The notes under the pieces: generated by a model
Database searches by the model: none
Seen by the model: the letters and a program-made list of their open reading frames with translations, nothing else
What the model was told of the DNA's origin: nothing
Made by a program: the position numbers and the translations under genes
Sequence record: PQ416618.1
Reading direction: 5' to 3' (one strand)
DNA from: Escherichia phage vB_VIPECOMC06
DNA length: 64,000 nucleotides
Part shown: positions 45,209 to 54,349 of the stretch, piece after piece
Layout of the letters: each line of letters begins with the position of its first letter
How positions within the stretch are numbered: the first letter of the stretch is position 1

Positions 45209-45757
45209 ATGGCTAAAATTATTTTAGTAGATGGCCCGGATAATGCCGGTAAAACAACTTTCATTAATGACATAATGGAAATTAGTGAAAGATATGTAAA
45301 GATTGATTTCCCTAAACGAACAGTTGATGGACGTTTCGATGTTAAGTCTCGAAATGAAGTTGGCTGTTTCGAAACGATGTTGAATTATTTAGACCCTACT
45401 AAGATTTATCTGTTAGACCGTGGATATATTAGTAACTGGGTTTATGGACGTATTCGACAAGATGCGGACTCGGTTCTTGACGTTTATGAACAGGATTATG
45501 TTCGTCTTTGCCAAAACCATGATGTGTTCACAATTATTTTAACACGTAACGAAATGACTGAAAGTTTTGAAGACGACCTTATTACTTTGTCTTCATTCGG
45601 TTTTAATACAGTCATTTCATATTTTGAAGAGTTTGCAATTCATAACAAAATTCAAACGTATCAATTACTTAATCATGATGGTGCTAACAAAGTTATAGGA
45701 TTTAATGCAAGCGAACGTAATAATTTGATTACAGAAATTATCAAATGGGCTCGTTAA
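45209..45757 (+). CDS. P-loop nucleoside/nucleotide kinase-like protein (182 aa)
   Basis: Walker A ILVDGPDNAGKTT, LLDRGY; resembles dNK/TMK-type kinases, not T4 gp1. Confidence 0.55.
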   Translation: MAKIILVDGPDNAGKTTFINDIMEISERYVKIDFPKRTVDGRFDVKSRNEVGCFETMLNYLDPTKIYLLDRGYISNWVYGRIRQDADSVLDVYEQDYVRLCQNHDVFTIILTRNEMTESFEDDLITLSSFGFNTVISYFEEFAIHNKIQTYQLLNHDGANKVIGFNASERNNLITEIIKWAR

Positions 45758-45856
45758 GAGCCTGTTTAAAGTTTTAAATGCTGTATAACCGTTAGTATAT
45801 AATCGTCTTATCTTTTAAACATGAGTAAAATATAATGATGCCTATGGAAAAATACA

Positions 45857-47029
45857 ATGTCTGATTTAAAATCTCGTCTGATTAAAGCTTCTACTTCTAA
45901 AATGACTGCAGACTTGACTAAGTCTAAGCTGTTTAATAATCGTGATGAAGTCCCTACTCGTATTCCGATGTTGAATATTGCATTAGGTGGTGCACTGAAT
46001 GCCGGGTTGCAATCAGGCTTAACTATTTTTGCTGCTCCTTCTAAACACTTTAAAACGTTGTTTGGACTGACCATGGTTGCAGCGTATATGAAGAAATATA
46101 AAGATGCAATTTGTTTGTTCTATGATTCAGAATTTGGTGCTTCAGAATCTTATTTTCGTTCAATGGGTGTTGATTTAGACCGTGTAGTTCATACCCCGAT
46201 TCAATCTGTCGAACAACTTAAAGTTGATATGACTAATCAGCTTGACGCGATTGAACGCGGTGATAAAGTTATTATCTTTATCGATTCAATCGGTAATACT
46301 GCATCTAAGAAAGAAACCGAAGATGCGTTGAACGAGAAAGTTGTAGGTGATATGTCTCGTGCTAAGGCACTTAAATCTCTGTTCCGCATTGTGACTCCTT
46401 ATCTGACTATTAAAGATATTCCATGTGTTGCAATCAACCACACAGCAATGGAAATCGGCGGACTATATCCTAAAGAGATTATGGGTGGTGGTACAGGTAT
46501 TCTTTACTCTGCTAACACTGTGTTCTTTATCTCTAAACGTCAGGTTAAAGAAGGTACAGAATTGACTGGTTATGACTTCACACTGAAAGCAGAAAAATCT
46601 CGTACAGTTAAAGAGAAATCTACTTTCCCGATCACGGTTAATTTTGATGGCGGTATTGACCCATTCAGTGGCTTGTTAGAAATGGCAACTGAAATTGGTT
46701 TTGTAGTTAAGCCTAAAGCTGGTTGGTATGCTCGCGAATTCCTTGACGAAGAAACAGGCGAAATGATTCGTGAAGAAAAATCATGGCGTGCTAAAGCTAC
46801 TGATTGTGTAGAATTCTGGGGGCCGTTGTTTAAACATAAGCCTTTCCGTGACGCAATTGAAACTAAATATAAACTAGGTGCTATCTCTTCTATTAAAGAA
46901 GTTGATGATGCTGTTAACGACCTTATTAATTGCAAAGCAACAACTAAAGTTCCGGTTAAAACTTCTGATGCTCCGTCTGCAGCAGATATAGAAAACGACC
47001 TTGACGAAATGGAAGATTTCGATGAATAA
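45857..47029 (+). CDS. uvsX: RecA-like recombinase UvsX
   Basis: Walker A region FAAPSKHFKT, 390 aa, acidic C-terminus DLDEMEDFDE; order uvsX-40-41. Confidence 0.95.
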   Translation: MSDLKSRLIKASTSKMTADLTKSKLFNNRDEVPTRIPMLNIALGGALNAGLQSGLTIFAAPSKHFKTLFGLTMVAAYMKKYKDAICLFYDSEFGASESYFRSMGVDLDRVVHTPIQSVEQLKVDMTNQLDAIERGDKVIIFIDSIGNTASKKETEDALNEKVVGDMSRAKALKSLFRIVTPYLTIKDIPCVAINHTAMEIGGLYPKEIMGGGTGILYSANTVFFISKRQVKEGTELTGYDFTLKAEKSRTVKEKSTFPITVNFDGGIDPFSGLLEMATEIGFVVKPKAGWYAREFLDEETGEMIREEKSWRAKATDCVEFWGPLFKHKPFRDAIETKYKLGAISSIKEVDDAVNDLINCKATTKVPVKTSDAPSAADIENDLDEMEDFDE

Positions 47030-47363
47030 TCTCGATGATTTAAATCTAGAAATCGTTGATGAATCCCCTTCTTCGGAAGGGGAAGACATTCGCAAAGAAC
47101 GAGTGTTTAATGAATCTCTTAAAATTATCCGTTCAGCAATGGAAAATGTCATTCAAGAGATTCTGATTACACTTGAAGATGGTTCTCATCATATAGTCTA
47201 TATTACAAAACTAGACTGGGTTGATGGTAAAATCGTAATGGACTTTGCAGTTCTTGACCAGGACAGAAAAGCAGAACTTGCACCACATGTTGAAAAATGT
47301 GTTACAATGCAAGTACAACAAGCTTTTAATGAACGGGCCAAGAAAAAATTTAAATTCTTTTAA
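47022..47363 (+). CDS. 40: gp40-like protein (head vertex assembly accessory)
   Basis: Small ORF between uvsX and gene 41 as in T4; ATG at 47022 overlapping uvsX end. Confidence 0.55.
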   Translation: MNNLDDLNLEIVDESPSSEGEDIRKERVFNESLKIIRSAMENVIQEILITLEDGSHHIVYITKLDWVDGKIVMDFAVLDQDRKAELAPHVEKCVTMQVQQAFNERAKKKFKFF

Positions 47364-47372
47364 GGAGTTATC

Positions 47373-48815
47373 GTGGTAGAAATTATTTTGTCTCATCTAG
47401 TATATGACCAGGCTTATTTTTCTAAGGTCTGGCCTTATATGGATTCTGAGTATTTTGAGCGTGGACCGGCAAAAAACGTCTTTAAAATTATAAAGAGCCA
47501 CGTTAACGAATATAATGCAATGCCGTCTATCAATGCATTAAAGGTGGCTTTAGATAACAGTTCTTTAACTGAAGCCGAATATAAAGGAACTTCAGACCTA
47601 ATTGAAAAATTGGCTGATACTCCTGAAGACCATGAATGGTTGGTTAAAGAAACTGAGAAATATGTCCAGCAAAAAGCGATGTATAATGCTACATCCAAAA
47701 TCATTGAGATTCAGTCTAATGCTGAACTACCTCCAGAACAACGTAACAAGAAAATGCCTGATGTAGGAGCTATTCCTGATATTATGCGTCAAGCACTTTC
47801 AATTTCGTTTGATAGTTATGTTGGACATGACTGGATGGAAGACTACGAAGCACGCTGGCTTTCTTATCTGAACAAAGCACGTAAGGTCCCGTTCAAATTA
47901 AACATTCTGAATAAAATCACTAAAGGTGGTGCTGAAACCGGTACACTGAATGTTTTAATGGCTGGTGTTAACGTTGGTAAATCTTTAGGCCTTTGTTCAC
48001 TTGCTGCAGATTATCTTCAAACAGGTCATAACGTTCTTTATATTTCCATGGAAATGGCTGAAGAAGTTTGTGCTAAGCGTATAGATGCAAACATGCTTGA
48101 CGTATCGCTCGATGATATCGATGATGGTAACGTATCTTATGCTGAATATAAAGCTAAGATGGAAAAATGGCGTTCAAAAACAACATTAGGACGTTTAGTA
48201 GTTAAACAGTATCCTACTGGCGGAGCTAATGCTAATACATTCCGTGCATTGCTTAATGAATTGAAACTCAAGAAGAACTTTGTGCCGTCTGTAATCATGG
48301 TTGATTACTTAGGTATTTGTGGGTCTTGTCGTATCAGAGTTTACACTGAAAATAGCTACACATTAGTTAAAGCTATCGCAGAAGAACTTCGGGCATTAGC
48401 AGTAGAATCTGAAACAGTTCTATGGACTGCAGCTCAAGTAGGACGTGCAGCATGGGATGCTTCGGATATGAACATGAGTGATATTGCAGAATCAGCAGGT
48501 TTACCAGCAACGGCAGATTTCATGTTGGCTGTAATTGAAACCGAAGAACTTGCACAAGCTGAACAACAACTTATCAAGCAAATCAAATCACGATATGGCG
48601 ATAAGAATAAGTGGAATAAATTCCTGATGGGTGTACGTAAAGGCAACCAGAAATGGGTTGAGATTGAGCAAGAAGGCATGAACACACCTAACACAGTAAA
48701 TGAAAACGCAGGTGCTCAGATGCGTCAGGCAGAGGTGAATCGTACGGAACGCGTAGGTAAAGCCAAAGCAACACGTGCTGACCTAGATAGCTTAGCCAAT
48801 GAGTTAAAATTTTAA
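47373..48815 (+). CDS. 41: replicative DNA helicase gp41 (DnaB-like)
   Basis: MVEIILSHL...Walker A GVNVGKSLG; 480 aa; GTG start after AAGGAG SD. Confidence 0.95.
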   Translation: MVEIILSHLVYDQAYFSKVWPYMDSEYFERGPAKNVFKIIKSHVNEYNAMPSINALKVALDNSSLTEAEYKGTSDLIEKLADTPEDHEWLVKETEKYVQQKAMYNATSKIIEIQSNAELPPEQRNKKMPDVGAIPDIMRQALSISFDSYVGHDWMEDYEARWLSYLNKARKVPFKLNILNKITKGGAETGTLNVLMAGVNVGKSLGLCSLAADYLQTGHNVLYISMEMAEEVCAKRIDANMLDVSLDDIDDGNVSYAEYKAKMEKWRSKTTLGRLVVKQYPTGGANANTFRALLNELKLKKNFVPSVIMVDYLGICGSCRIRVYTENSYTLVKAIAEELRALAVESETVLWTAAQVGRAAWDASDMNMSDIAESAGLPATADFMLAVIETEELAQAEQQLIKQIKSRYGDKNKWNKFLMGVRKGNQKWVEIEQEGMNTPNTVNENAGAQMRQAEVNRTERVGKAKATRADLDSLANELKF

Positions 48816-48821
48816 TAAAAA

Positions 48822-48840
48822 GGAGACTTCGGTCTCCTTT
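48822..48840 (+). terminator. rho-independent terminator after gene 41
   Basis: GGAGAC-TTCG-GTCTCC followed by TTT. Confidence 0.65.
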
Positions 48841-48844
48841 CGGG

Positions 48845-48875
48845 GTTTACATCTTCCTCTAGGCATGATATGATA
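48845..48875 (+). promoter_or_regulatory. early promoter
   Basis: GTTTAC, TGATATGAT. Confidence 0.5.
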
Positions 48876-48903
48876 TACTTACACTAACCAAGAGGAGAAC
48901 AAA

Positions 48904-49221
48904 ATGGAAACCATCGATTGTAAAGCAGAATTTAAGATTTTTTATCACGGTTCAAGCAGTTCAGCTAACATCGAAAACATGCTTTGTCCTCCTGAGGAAA
49001 CAGGAGTTCTGTCTGAAACTGGACGTAAGAAAAACTTGGATCGTGTATTCTTTACTGAAGATATCGGTTTAGCAAAGATTTATGCAGGACGAGCAGCACG
49101 CTCTTATGGAGGTGAACCACGTCTCTATCGAGTAATTTCTCCGGTAGACGTAGTTCAAATGAATAATACTAAAGGTGCTACAGTTTATCACGCTGAATGG
49201 GCATTTTGCGAGGAAATATGA
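48904..49221 (+). CDS. hypothetical protein (105 aa)
   Basis: SD AGAGGAGAA downstream of promoter cassette. Confidence 0.4.
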   Translation: METIDCKAEFKIFYHGSSSSANIENMLCPPEETGVLSETGRKKNLDRVFFTEDIGLAKIYAGRAARSYGGEPRLYRVISPVDVVQMNNTKGATVYHAEWAFCEEI

Positions 49222-49406
49222 ACAAATTAACTAAAGTTACTTTTATCGGTTGGTTTAAAAGCGGCGAGATGTTCACTAAAGATATCATGTTATCAGGTGA
49301 TCGCGAAGAAATCGAGTGGGTTGCGGTACAACTCGCTGAAGTGAACAGTGCACTTGTTAAAGCATTTGTCGATGATAAGAAAGTTTTTGAAGCAGATTTT
49401 CGATAA
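49218..49406 (+). CDS. dmd: Dmd-like antitoxin (inhibitor of host RnlA/LsoA toxins)
   Basis: VTFIGWFKSGEMFTKDI...WVAVQLAEVNSALVKAFVDDKKVFEADFR matches the T4 Dmd pattern as recalled; ~62 aa; next to gene 41. Confidence 0.6.
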   Translation: MNKLTKVTFIGWFKSGEMFTKDIMLSGDREEIEWVAVQLAEVNSALVKAFVDDKKVFEADFR

Positions 49407-49419
49407 TTTTAAAATAACT

Positions 49420-49449
49420 GTTTACAAGCATCGCATACTGTGTTACTAT
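49420..49449 (+). promoter_or_regulatory. early promoter
   Basis: GTTTAC, 18-bp spacer, TGTTACTAT. Confidence 0.55.
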
Positions 49450-49477
49450 CTTTCTATCAACTACAGAGGAAATTGAA

Positions 49478-49846
49478 ATGAAAAAATTAATCGCTTTAGC
49501 AATGGTATTTGGATTAACCGGATGTGGTGCCCATGGCTTTATCCCTAATAACGTCGGCCAATTGATTTACAATCCGAATGTTAAACAGTATGACCAACCT
49601 AAAGTTGAAGTGGAAGACCCGGTTACTGTAGGTAATCGAATGATTCAAGCTGATGCCCATGCTCAACGTTATCGTGACTCTGATACTGTAGCATTGTCAA
49701 AAGAACAACGCGTTAAAGAACATTGTCTACAGGCTACTGAAATCGCATTCATTCGCTATGTTGAAACAACTGGTAAAGAGCCTACCCAGAAACAAATCGC
49801 AAATAACTACGTCCAGTGTATTGAACGTTTAAACAAATTTAACTAA
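49478..49846 (+). CDS. predicted lipoprotein (122 aa)
   Basis: Signal peptide with lipobox LTGC (MKKLIALAMVFGLTGC). Confidence 0.5.
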   Translation: MKKLIALAMVFGLTGCGAHGFIPNNVGQLIYNPNVKQYDQPKVEVEDPVTVGNRMIQADAHAQRYRDSDTVALSKEQRVKEHCLQATEIAFIRYVETTGKEPTQKQIANNYVQCIERLNKFN

Positions 49847-49907
49847 TTGGTTTATACCAAAGTTAAAATAAGATATTATAAACATAACAAATCAAGAGGA
49901 AATTAAC

Positions 49908-50156
49908 ATGGAATTATTCGTAGCTAGTTCAGTAGCTGTTTTAATCGCAGGTATTGGTTCAATCATCATTTACATGTTGCCTTGGGTAATCGCACTTATT
50001 CGTGGCACAAAAAGCACAACAGCAATCTTTTTTGTATCTTTACTCTTTAACTGGACGATGATTGGTTGGATTGGAACTTTAATTTGGTCTATCGTTGCCG
50101 AAAAGAAATCTGCTCAGCAGCCTCAACAAGTAATTATTATTCGCGAAAAAGAATAA
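49908..50156 (+). CDS. small inner-membrane protein (82 aa)
   Basis: Two hydrophobic helices; size and topology reminiscent of superinfection-immunity-type proteins. Confidence 0.45.
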   Translation: MELFVASSVAVLIAGIGSIIIYMLPWVIALIRGTKSTTAIFFVSLLFNWTMIGWIGTLIWSIVAEKKSAQQPQQVIIIREKE

Positions 50157-50160
50157 ACTT

Positions 50161-50198
50161 GTTTACATTATAGATGGACTATAGTATAGTAGTCCTAT
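50161..50198 (+). promoter_or_regulatory. early promoter with flanking inverted repeat (PeSL-like)
   Basis: GTTTAC; GGACTAT / TAGTCC arms around TATAGT. Confidence 0.5.
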
Positions 50199-50219
50199 CA
50201 AATCAACTAAGGAGTTAAA

Positions 50220-50513
50220 ATGAAAAAGTTATCATTGGCAGCAATCTTACTTGCAGTATCATGTGCACCGGCTCCAGTTACGGCAGGTTATGATAAAGAC
50301 CTCTGTGAGTGGTCAATGACTGCAAATCAAGAAGATGTTGAACAACAAATCTTCTCTGATATCATGAACATCACTAAACGAGACCGTCCTAATATGGTTA
50401 ATAAAGTTGTTGAACAACTTAAGTCTGGCGGTATCATGCAGTACAATTATGTTTTGTATTGTGACCCTAATTTCGATAACAAAGATATCGTAACCGAAAT
50501 CACAGGTGAATAA
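50220..50513 (+). CDS. sp: spackle-like periplasmic protein (97 aa)
   Basis: Signal peptide MKKLSLAAILLAVSCAPAPVTAG; mature part GYDKDLCEWSMT...YNYVLYCD; size and locus (41-61 interval) as T4 sp. Confidence 0.45.
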   Translation: MKKLSLAAILLAVSCAPAPVTAGYDKDLCEWSMTANQEDVEQQIFSDIMNITKRDRPNMVNKVVEQLKSGGIMQYNYVLYCDPNFDNKDIVTEITGE

Positions 50514-50514
50514 T

Positions 50515-51165
50515 ATGATTTATTATATGCACAAAAATGCGCCATTTAAATATGGTAAATTTCCTAATGCACAATGTTATAATATAACGCCGAACGAAAA
50601 TAATAACGGATATCATATTGGTGTAATTTTTGTAATTGTTAAAGATAACGAAATCGTTGCCTGGGCAGATTTTAAAGGTACAACGTATGATGTTAATCCA
50701 GTGCCTTTCACATATTACAATATAATGGATTTGGCATATGATTATAATTGGTTTAATCACGACGCGTTGGCTCATATTGAAGGTGTAGGATTTGACATCT
50801 CTTATTCTAGCTATTCATTATGTCCTATGAGCCGAGCTCACGGTAAAGATGCATCATATCTTTCATTTCGGAAACGTGTAAACTTCAAACGTAGTACAGA
50901 GTATGTCGGTGGACTCTTTGTTAAAGATAATAAAATAACCCGTATTAGTTATCCTTTAAGTGTAGGTCAAAAAGATGTTGATGTTGATTTAGACTTAACC
51001 GAAAATAACATTAATCATATTGCTTCTGTATATTTTGATATCGATGAAAAAATTGTAGTGTGTGGATACGAATTACCACCTGAAGAAAAGGCCGAAACAA
51101 TTGAAGTCGAATTAGAAATTTCTGTTGATGACCAAATATTTAATGCATTTATGAATCGAGGTTAA
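50515..51165 (+). CDS. hypothetical protein (~216 aa)
   Basis: ATG at 50515 (track start is a GTG overlapping the upstream stop). Confidence 0.45.
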   Translation: MIYYMHKNAPFKYGKFPNAQCYNITPNENNNGYHIGVIFVIVKDNEIVAWADFKGTTYDVNPVPFTYYNIMDLAYDYNWFNHDALAHIEGVGFDISYSSYSLCPMSRAHGKDASYLSFRKRVNFKRSTEYVGGLFVKDNKITRISYPLSVGQKDVDVDLDLTENNINHIASVYFDIDEKIVVCGYELPPEEKAETIEVELEISVDDQIFNAFMNRG

Positions 51166-51166
51166 A

Positions 51167-51364
51167 ATGACTACTGCAATTTGCACTGGTTCTAAAATTA
51201 GTGTTTTTACAAGTTTTGAAGATTATGAAGTTGTTTCAAAACACCAATACCATATTAGCGTAAAAGCTAATGATGGTGTAATTTGGAATATTCCACAGTA
51301 TGAAGGCACCACATATGAAGTCACAGATATAAATGGTGACAAAGCAATCTTTGTAATTGATTAA
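51167..51364 (+). CDS. hypothetical protein (65 aa)
   Basis: SD GAGG before ATG. Confidence 0.4.
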   Translation: MTTAICTGSKISVFTSFEDYEVVSKHQYHISVKANDGVIWNIPQYEGTTYEVTDINGDKAIFVID

Positions 51365-51383
51365 ATATACTCAGGAGGTACCT

Positions 51384-51851
51384 ATGGGTATTATTAACAC
51401 TGCAATAGATTCTGTTTATGCATATAAGTTTATTCGACTAATGCAAAAACCTTTTATCGAATGGAAAGCATACGAAGCCAAAATCATCGATGAACGTGGA
51501 AGCGTTCTTAAACGTCCTTCTACTCCCGAAGAGAAAGCGGCGTATACACCTTTTCATGCTTCAGTTCGTTCAATGAAGCGAATGATGAGCACTGTTCCGG
51601 GTCTTAATGGAATGGCCTCAATGATGTCTGCCTGGAGTGCTGTAGCATCCCGCTATAACATTACAGAAGAACAACAGAAAGAAATATTTAAAGAACTCCC
51701 TTTATTTGAGGATATGGTTGCTGGTGATTCAGGTGGCAGCCCCCAAGCTATTGCATCAGGAACAACTACAGGTGCAGTCGTAAATAAAGGTCCAGAACAA
51801 ATTCCTTCCAAGAAAAGAAAGCGAATTAAAGTAAATATTAATAAGTTGTGA
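51384..51851 (+). CDS. hypothetical protein (~155 aa)
   Basis: ATG at 51384 after AGGAGG SD; basic C-terminus KKRKRIK. Confidence 0.45.
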   Translation: MGIINTAIDSVYAYKFIRLMQKPFIEWKAYEAKIIDERGSVLKRPSTPEEKAAYTPFHASVRSMKRMMSTVPGLNGMASMMSAWSAVASRYNITEEQQKEIFKELPLFEDMVAGDSGGSPQAIASGTTTGAVVNKGPEQIPSKKRKRIKVNINKL

Positions 51852-51890
51852 TATGATGGCCTTATTAATTTAAGGCCTCTGGAGAATACT

Positions 51891-52913
51891 ATGGCTGAAT
51901 GGATAGATAATGAATTTGCTTATCGTGCGTTTTCTCACCTACCTCGTTTTAGACAAATCAATAATTCAAGCACATTTAAATTAACATTTCGATGTCCAGT
52001 TTGTGGCGACTCCCAGACAGATGCAATGAAAGCTCGCGGATGGTATTATGGCGGTACTCCTGGTAATGTACATTGCTATAATTGTCAATACCACAATACA
52101 ATTTCCGGATACTTAAAAGAGTATGATGAAGAGCTTTATCGCGAATATCTAATGGAAGTTCGTAAAGAAAAAGCTAGAATGGAACCAAAGATTGAAAAGG
52201 TTCCTGAACATAAACCAGAGCCGGAGAAAAAGACTATAAATTCTTTGCCGTCTTGTTCTCGTCTGGACAAGCTGCCTGAAGAGCATCCTATTGTGAAATA
52301 TGTTAAGTCTCGATGCATTCCTAAAGAATCATGGAACAGATTATGGTTCACATTAGAATGGCCTAAATTGGTCAACAAGATTCAACCCGGCACATATAAG
52401 AAAGAGATTCCTGAACCGCGTTTGGTTATTCCTATTTTTAATAAAGACGGGAAGGCTGAGTCATTCCAAGGACGTGCACTTCGTAAAGATGCTCCTCAGA
52501 AATATATCACTATTAAAGCGTTTGAGTCTGCAACAAAAATTTATGGTGTTGAACGTGTTAAGGAAGGAGACGTCTGGGTAATGGAAGGCCCTATTGATAG
52601 TTTATTCATACCCAATGCAATAGCTATTACAGGCGGCTCGATAGATTTAGATGTGGTACCATTTAAAGAACGTCGGGTATGGGTAATGGATAATGAACCT
52701 AGGCATCCGGATACTATAGCTCGCATGAAGCGATTAGTTGATGCAGGCGAACGTGTCATGTTCTGGGACCGAGCTCCGTGGAGATCAAAGGATGTGAATG
52801 ATATGGTGATGAAAGAAAATGCAACACCACAAGAAATTTTAGAATATATGAAACAGAATATTTCAAGTGGGTTGCATGCTAAAATGAGATTATCTCGTTA
52901 TTCGAAGATTTAA
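51891..52913 (+). CDS. 61: DNA primase gp61
   Basis: Zn ribbon CPVCGDS...CYNC followed by TOPRIM-like region (VMEGPIDS); 340 aa. Confidence 0.9.
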   Translation: MAEWIDNEFAYRAFSHLPRFRQINNSSTFKLTFRCPVCGDSQTDAMKARGWYYGGTPGNVHCYNCQYHNTISGYLKEYDEELYREYLMEVRKEKARMEPKIEKVPEHKPEPEKKTINSLPSCSRLDKLPEEHPIVKYVKSRCIPKESWNRLWFTLEWPKLVNKIQPGTYKKEIPEPRLVIPIFNKDGKAESFQGRALRKDAPQKYITIKAFESATKIYGVERVKEGDVWVMEGPIDSLFIPNAIAITGGSIDLDVVPFKERRVWVMDNEPRHPDTIARMKRLVDAGERVMFWDRAPWRSKDVNDMVMKENATPQEILEYMKQNISSGLHAKMRLSRYSKI

Positions 52914-53107
52914 ACAAGCCCTATAATAGCAAAGGCCAAATCAACTACAGTATCCAATGGAACAGAAGGAACTATAATACCATGGGCAACTAACAATGGT
53001 GCAATCCCGAAGTTCCACGAAATAATGCCACCTACAACTATTGCAGCGATAGCAGTTTTCTTTTTATTGCCTTTAATAGCGTTGATTAACGATGGAAGTT
53101 TAAACAT
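52910..53107 (-). CDS. small hydrophobic membrane protein (65 aa)
   Basis: Only convincing minus-strand gene: strong SD (AAGGAG, 5-nt spacer) before ATG on the minus strand; lies in the 61-56 intergenic gap. Confidence 0.5.
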   Translation of the reverse strand: MFKLPSLINAIKGNKKKTAIAAIVVGGIISWNFGIAPLLVAHGIIVPSVPLDTVVDLAFAIIGLV

Positions 53108-53196
53108 AATATCTCCTTAGTTACCTTATTATTTATTACGCTTTATAAAATTAATGTTAGAATTAACTCTCTTATACTGAATTGAAAGGAAAAATA

Positions 53197-53718
53197 ATGG
53201 CGCACTTTAACGAATGTTCACAACTTATTTCTGGTGTTGATAAAGCAGAAGAAGCTTATTTTAATGCTCTGATTCACGAAGATAAAGACCCACTGCAGGT
53301 AATGCTTGATATGCAGAAATCTTTACAAGTTCGTCTGGCAAATGACAAGCCTGAACATAACAAACATCCTGATGAATTGGCCACTGCTGGTGATGTTGTT
53401 GATTGGCTGCGTAATCAGAAAGATTATATTGATGATGAATTCCGTGAACTGTTGACTTCACTTGGCGGTATGAGCAATGGTGAAAAAGCCGCTAGCTCTG
53501 TATGGAAACCGTGGAAGGCACAACATGCTGAATATCGAAATCGTCGTATCGATGAACTGTCTCCTGAAGACCAGCTTGAAATTAAATTCGAGATGATTGA
53601 TATCCTCCACTTTGTCCTGAACATGTTCCAAGGTCTGGGTCTTTCTGCTGAAGAAATCTTTAAACTGTATTACTTGAAAAACCAACACAACTTTGAACGT
53701 CAGGATAATGGTTACTAA
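53197..53718 (+). CDS. 56: dCTP pyrophosphatase (dCTPase) gp56
   Basis: MAHFNECSQLISGVDKAEE...EIFKLYYLKNQHNFERQDNGY matches the T4 gp56 pattern; ATG at 53197. Confidence 0.85.
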   Translation: MAHFNECSQLISGVDKAEEAYFNALIHEDKDPLQVMLDMQKSLQVRLANDKPEHNKHPDELATAGDVVDWLRNQKDYIDDEFRELLTSLGGMSNGEKAASSVWKPWKAQHAEYRNRRIDELSPEDQLEIKFEMIDILHFVLNMFQGLGLSAEEIFKLYYLKNQHNFERQDNGY

Positions 53719-53724
53719 TTAAGT

Positions 53725-53732
53725 TATAAATA
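53725..53732 (+). promoter_or_regulatory. late promoter (soc)
   Basis: Exact T4 late consensus TATAAATA about 30 nt upstream of soc ATG. Confidence 0.65.
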
Positions 53733-53763
53733 CACCTGTAATTAAACAACAAAGGAGTTAATT

Positions 53764-54000
53764 ATGGGTGGTTATGTAAACATCAAAACCTTTACGCATC
53801 CTGCCGGTGAAGGCAAAGAAGTTAAAGGTATGGAAGTTTCTGTACCGTTTGAGATTTATTCAAACGAACATCGGATTGCAGATTCTCATTACCAAATCTT
53901 TCCGTCAGAAAAGGCAGCATATTCTACTGTAGTTTCTGATGCAGCTGATTGGAAAACTAAGAATGCTGCAATGTTTACCCCTACACCGGTAAGCGGTTAA
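53764..54000 (+). CDS. soc: small outer capsid protein Soc
   Basis: GYVNIKTF...HYQIFPSEKAAYSTV; 78 aa; preceded by exact late-promoter box TATAAATA and followed by a strong terminator. Confidence 0.75.
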   Translation: MGGYVNIKTFTHPAGEGKEVKGMEVSVPFEIYSNEHRIADSHYQIFPSEKAAYSTVVSDAADWKTKNAAMFTPTPVSG

Positions 54001-54008
54001 TAATTTAA

Positions 54009-54042
54009 GGAATCCTTCGGGATTCCTTTTTTTTTTTTTTGT
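54009..54042 (+). terminator. strong rho-independent terminator after soc
   Basis: GGAATCC-TTCG-GGATTCC followed by a 16-nt T-tract. Confidence 0.9.
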
Positions 54043-54049
54043 TTCTACA

Positions 54050-54078
54050 GTTTACAACCACTAAAAACTGTGTTAAGA
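54050..54078 (+). promoter_or_regulatory. early promoter
   Basis: GTTTAC, TGTTAAGAT. Confidence 0.5.
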
Positions 54079-54108
54079 TAATTCTTACTTACTCAAGAGG
54101 AGAACAAT

Positions 54109-54336
54109 ATGTTAAATCGTTGGATTAAACCTAATAACACATTAGGTGCTTTGATTGCTCAAGAAGTTTCGTTGAAATACGGTCTTGGATATTACGATGA
54201 TGTAGTCGTACACTCATTCATGATGGATGGTGAAGACGTCAAATTTAATGCCGAAATCCGTTGGGATGATGGTGGTGTTCGTTTTGTTCGAGGAACAATT
54301 AATGCTTACGATGCTGAAGAAGTTGTTTGCTGTTAA
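54109..54336 (+). CDS. hypothetical protein (75 aa)
   Basis: SD GAGGAGAA downstream of promoter. Confidence 0.45.
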   Translation: MLNRWIKPNNTLGALIAQEVSLKYGLGYYDDVVVHSFMMDGEDVKFNAEIRWDDGGVRFVRGTINAYDAEEVVCC

Positions 54337-54349
54337 ACCAGGCGAAGGT

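Noticed and set aside
45808-46074. 88-aa minus-strand ORF
   Set aside because: Antisense across the uvsX start; no SD.
49908-50156. Calling the 82-aa membrane protein Imm (superinfection immunity)
   Set aside because: Only size and topology match, and the locus differs from the T4 imm locus (42-43 interval); left as a generic membrane protein.
54027-54042. 16-nt poly-T tract as a simple repeat
   Set aside because: It is the U-tract of the soc terminator hairpin, not an independent repeat.
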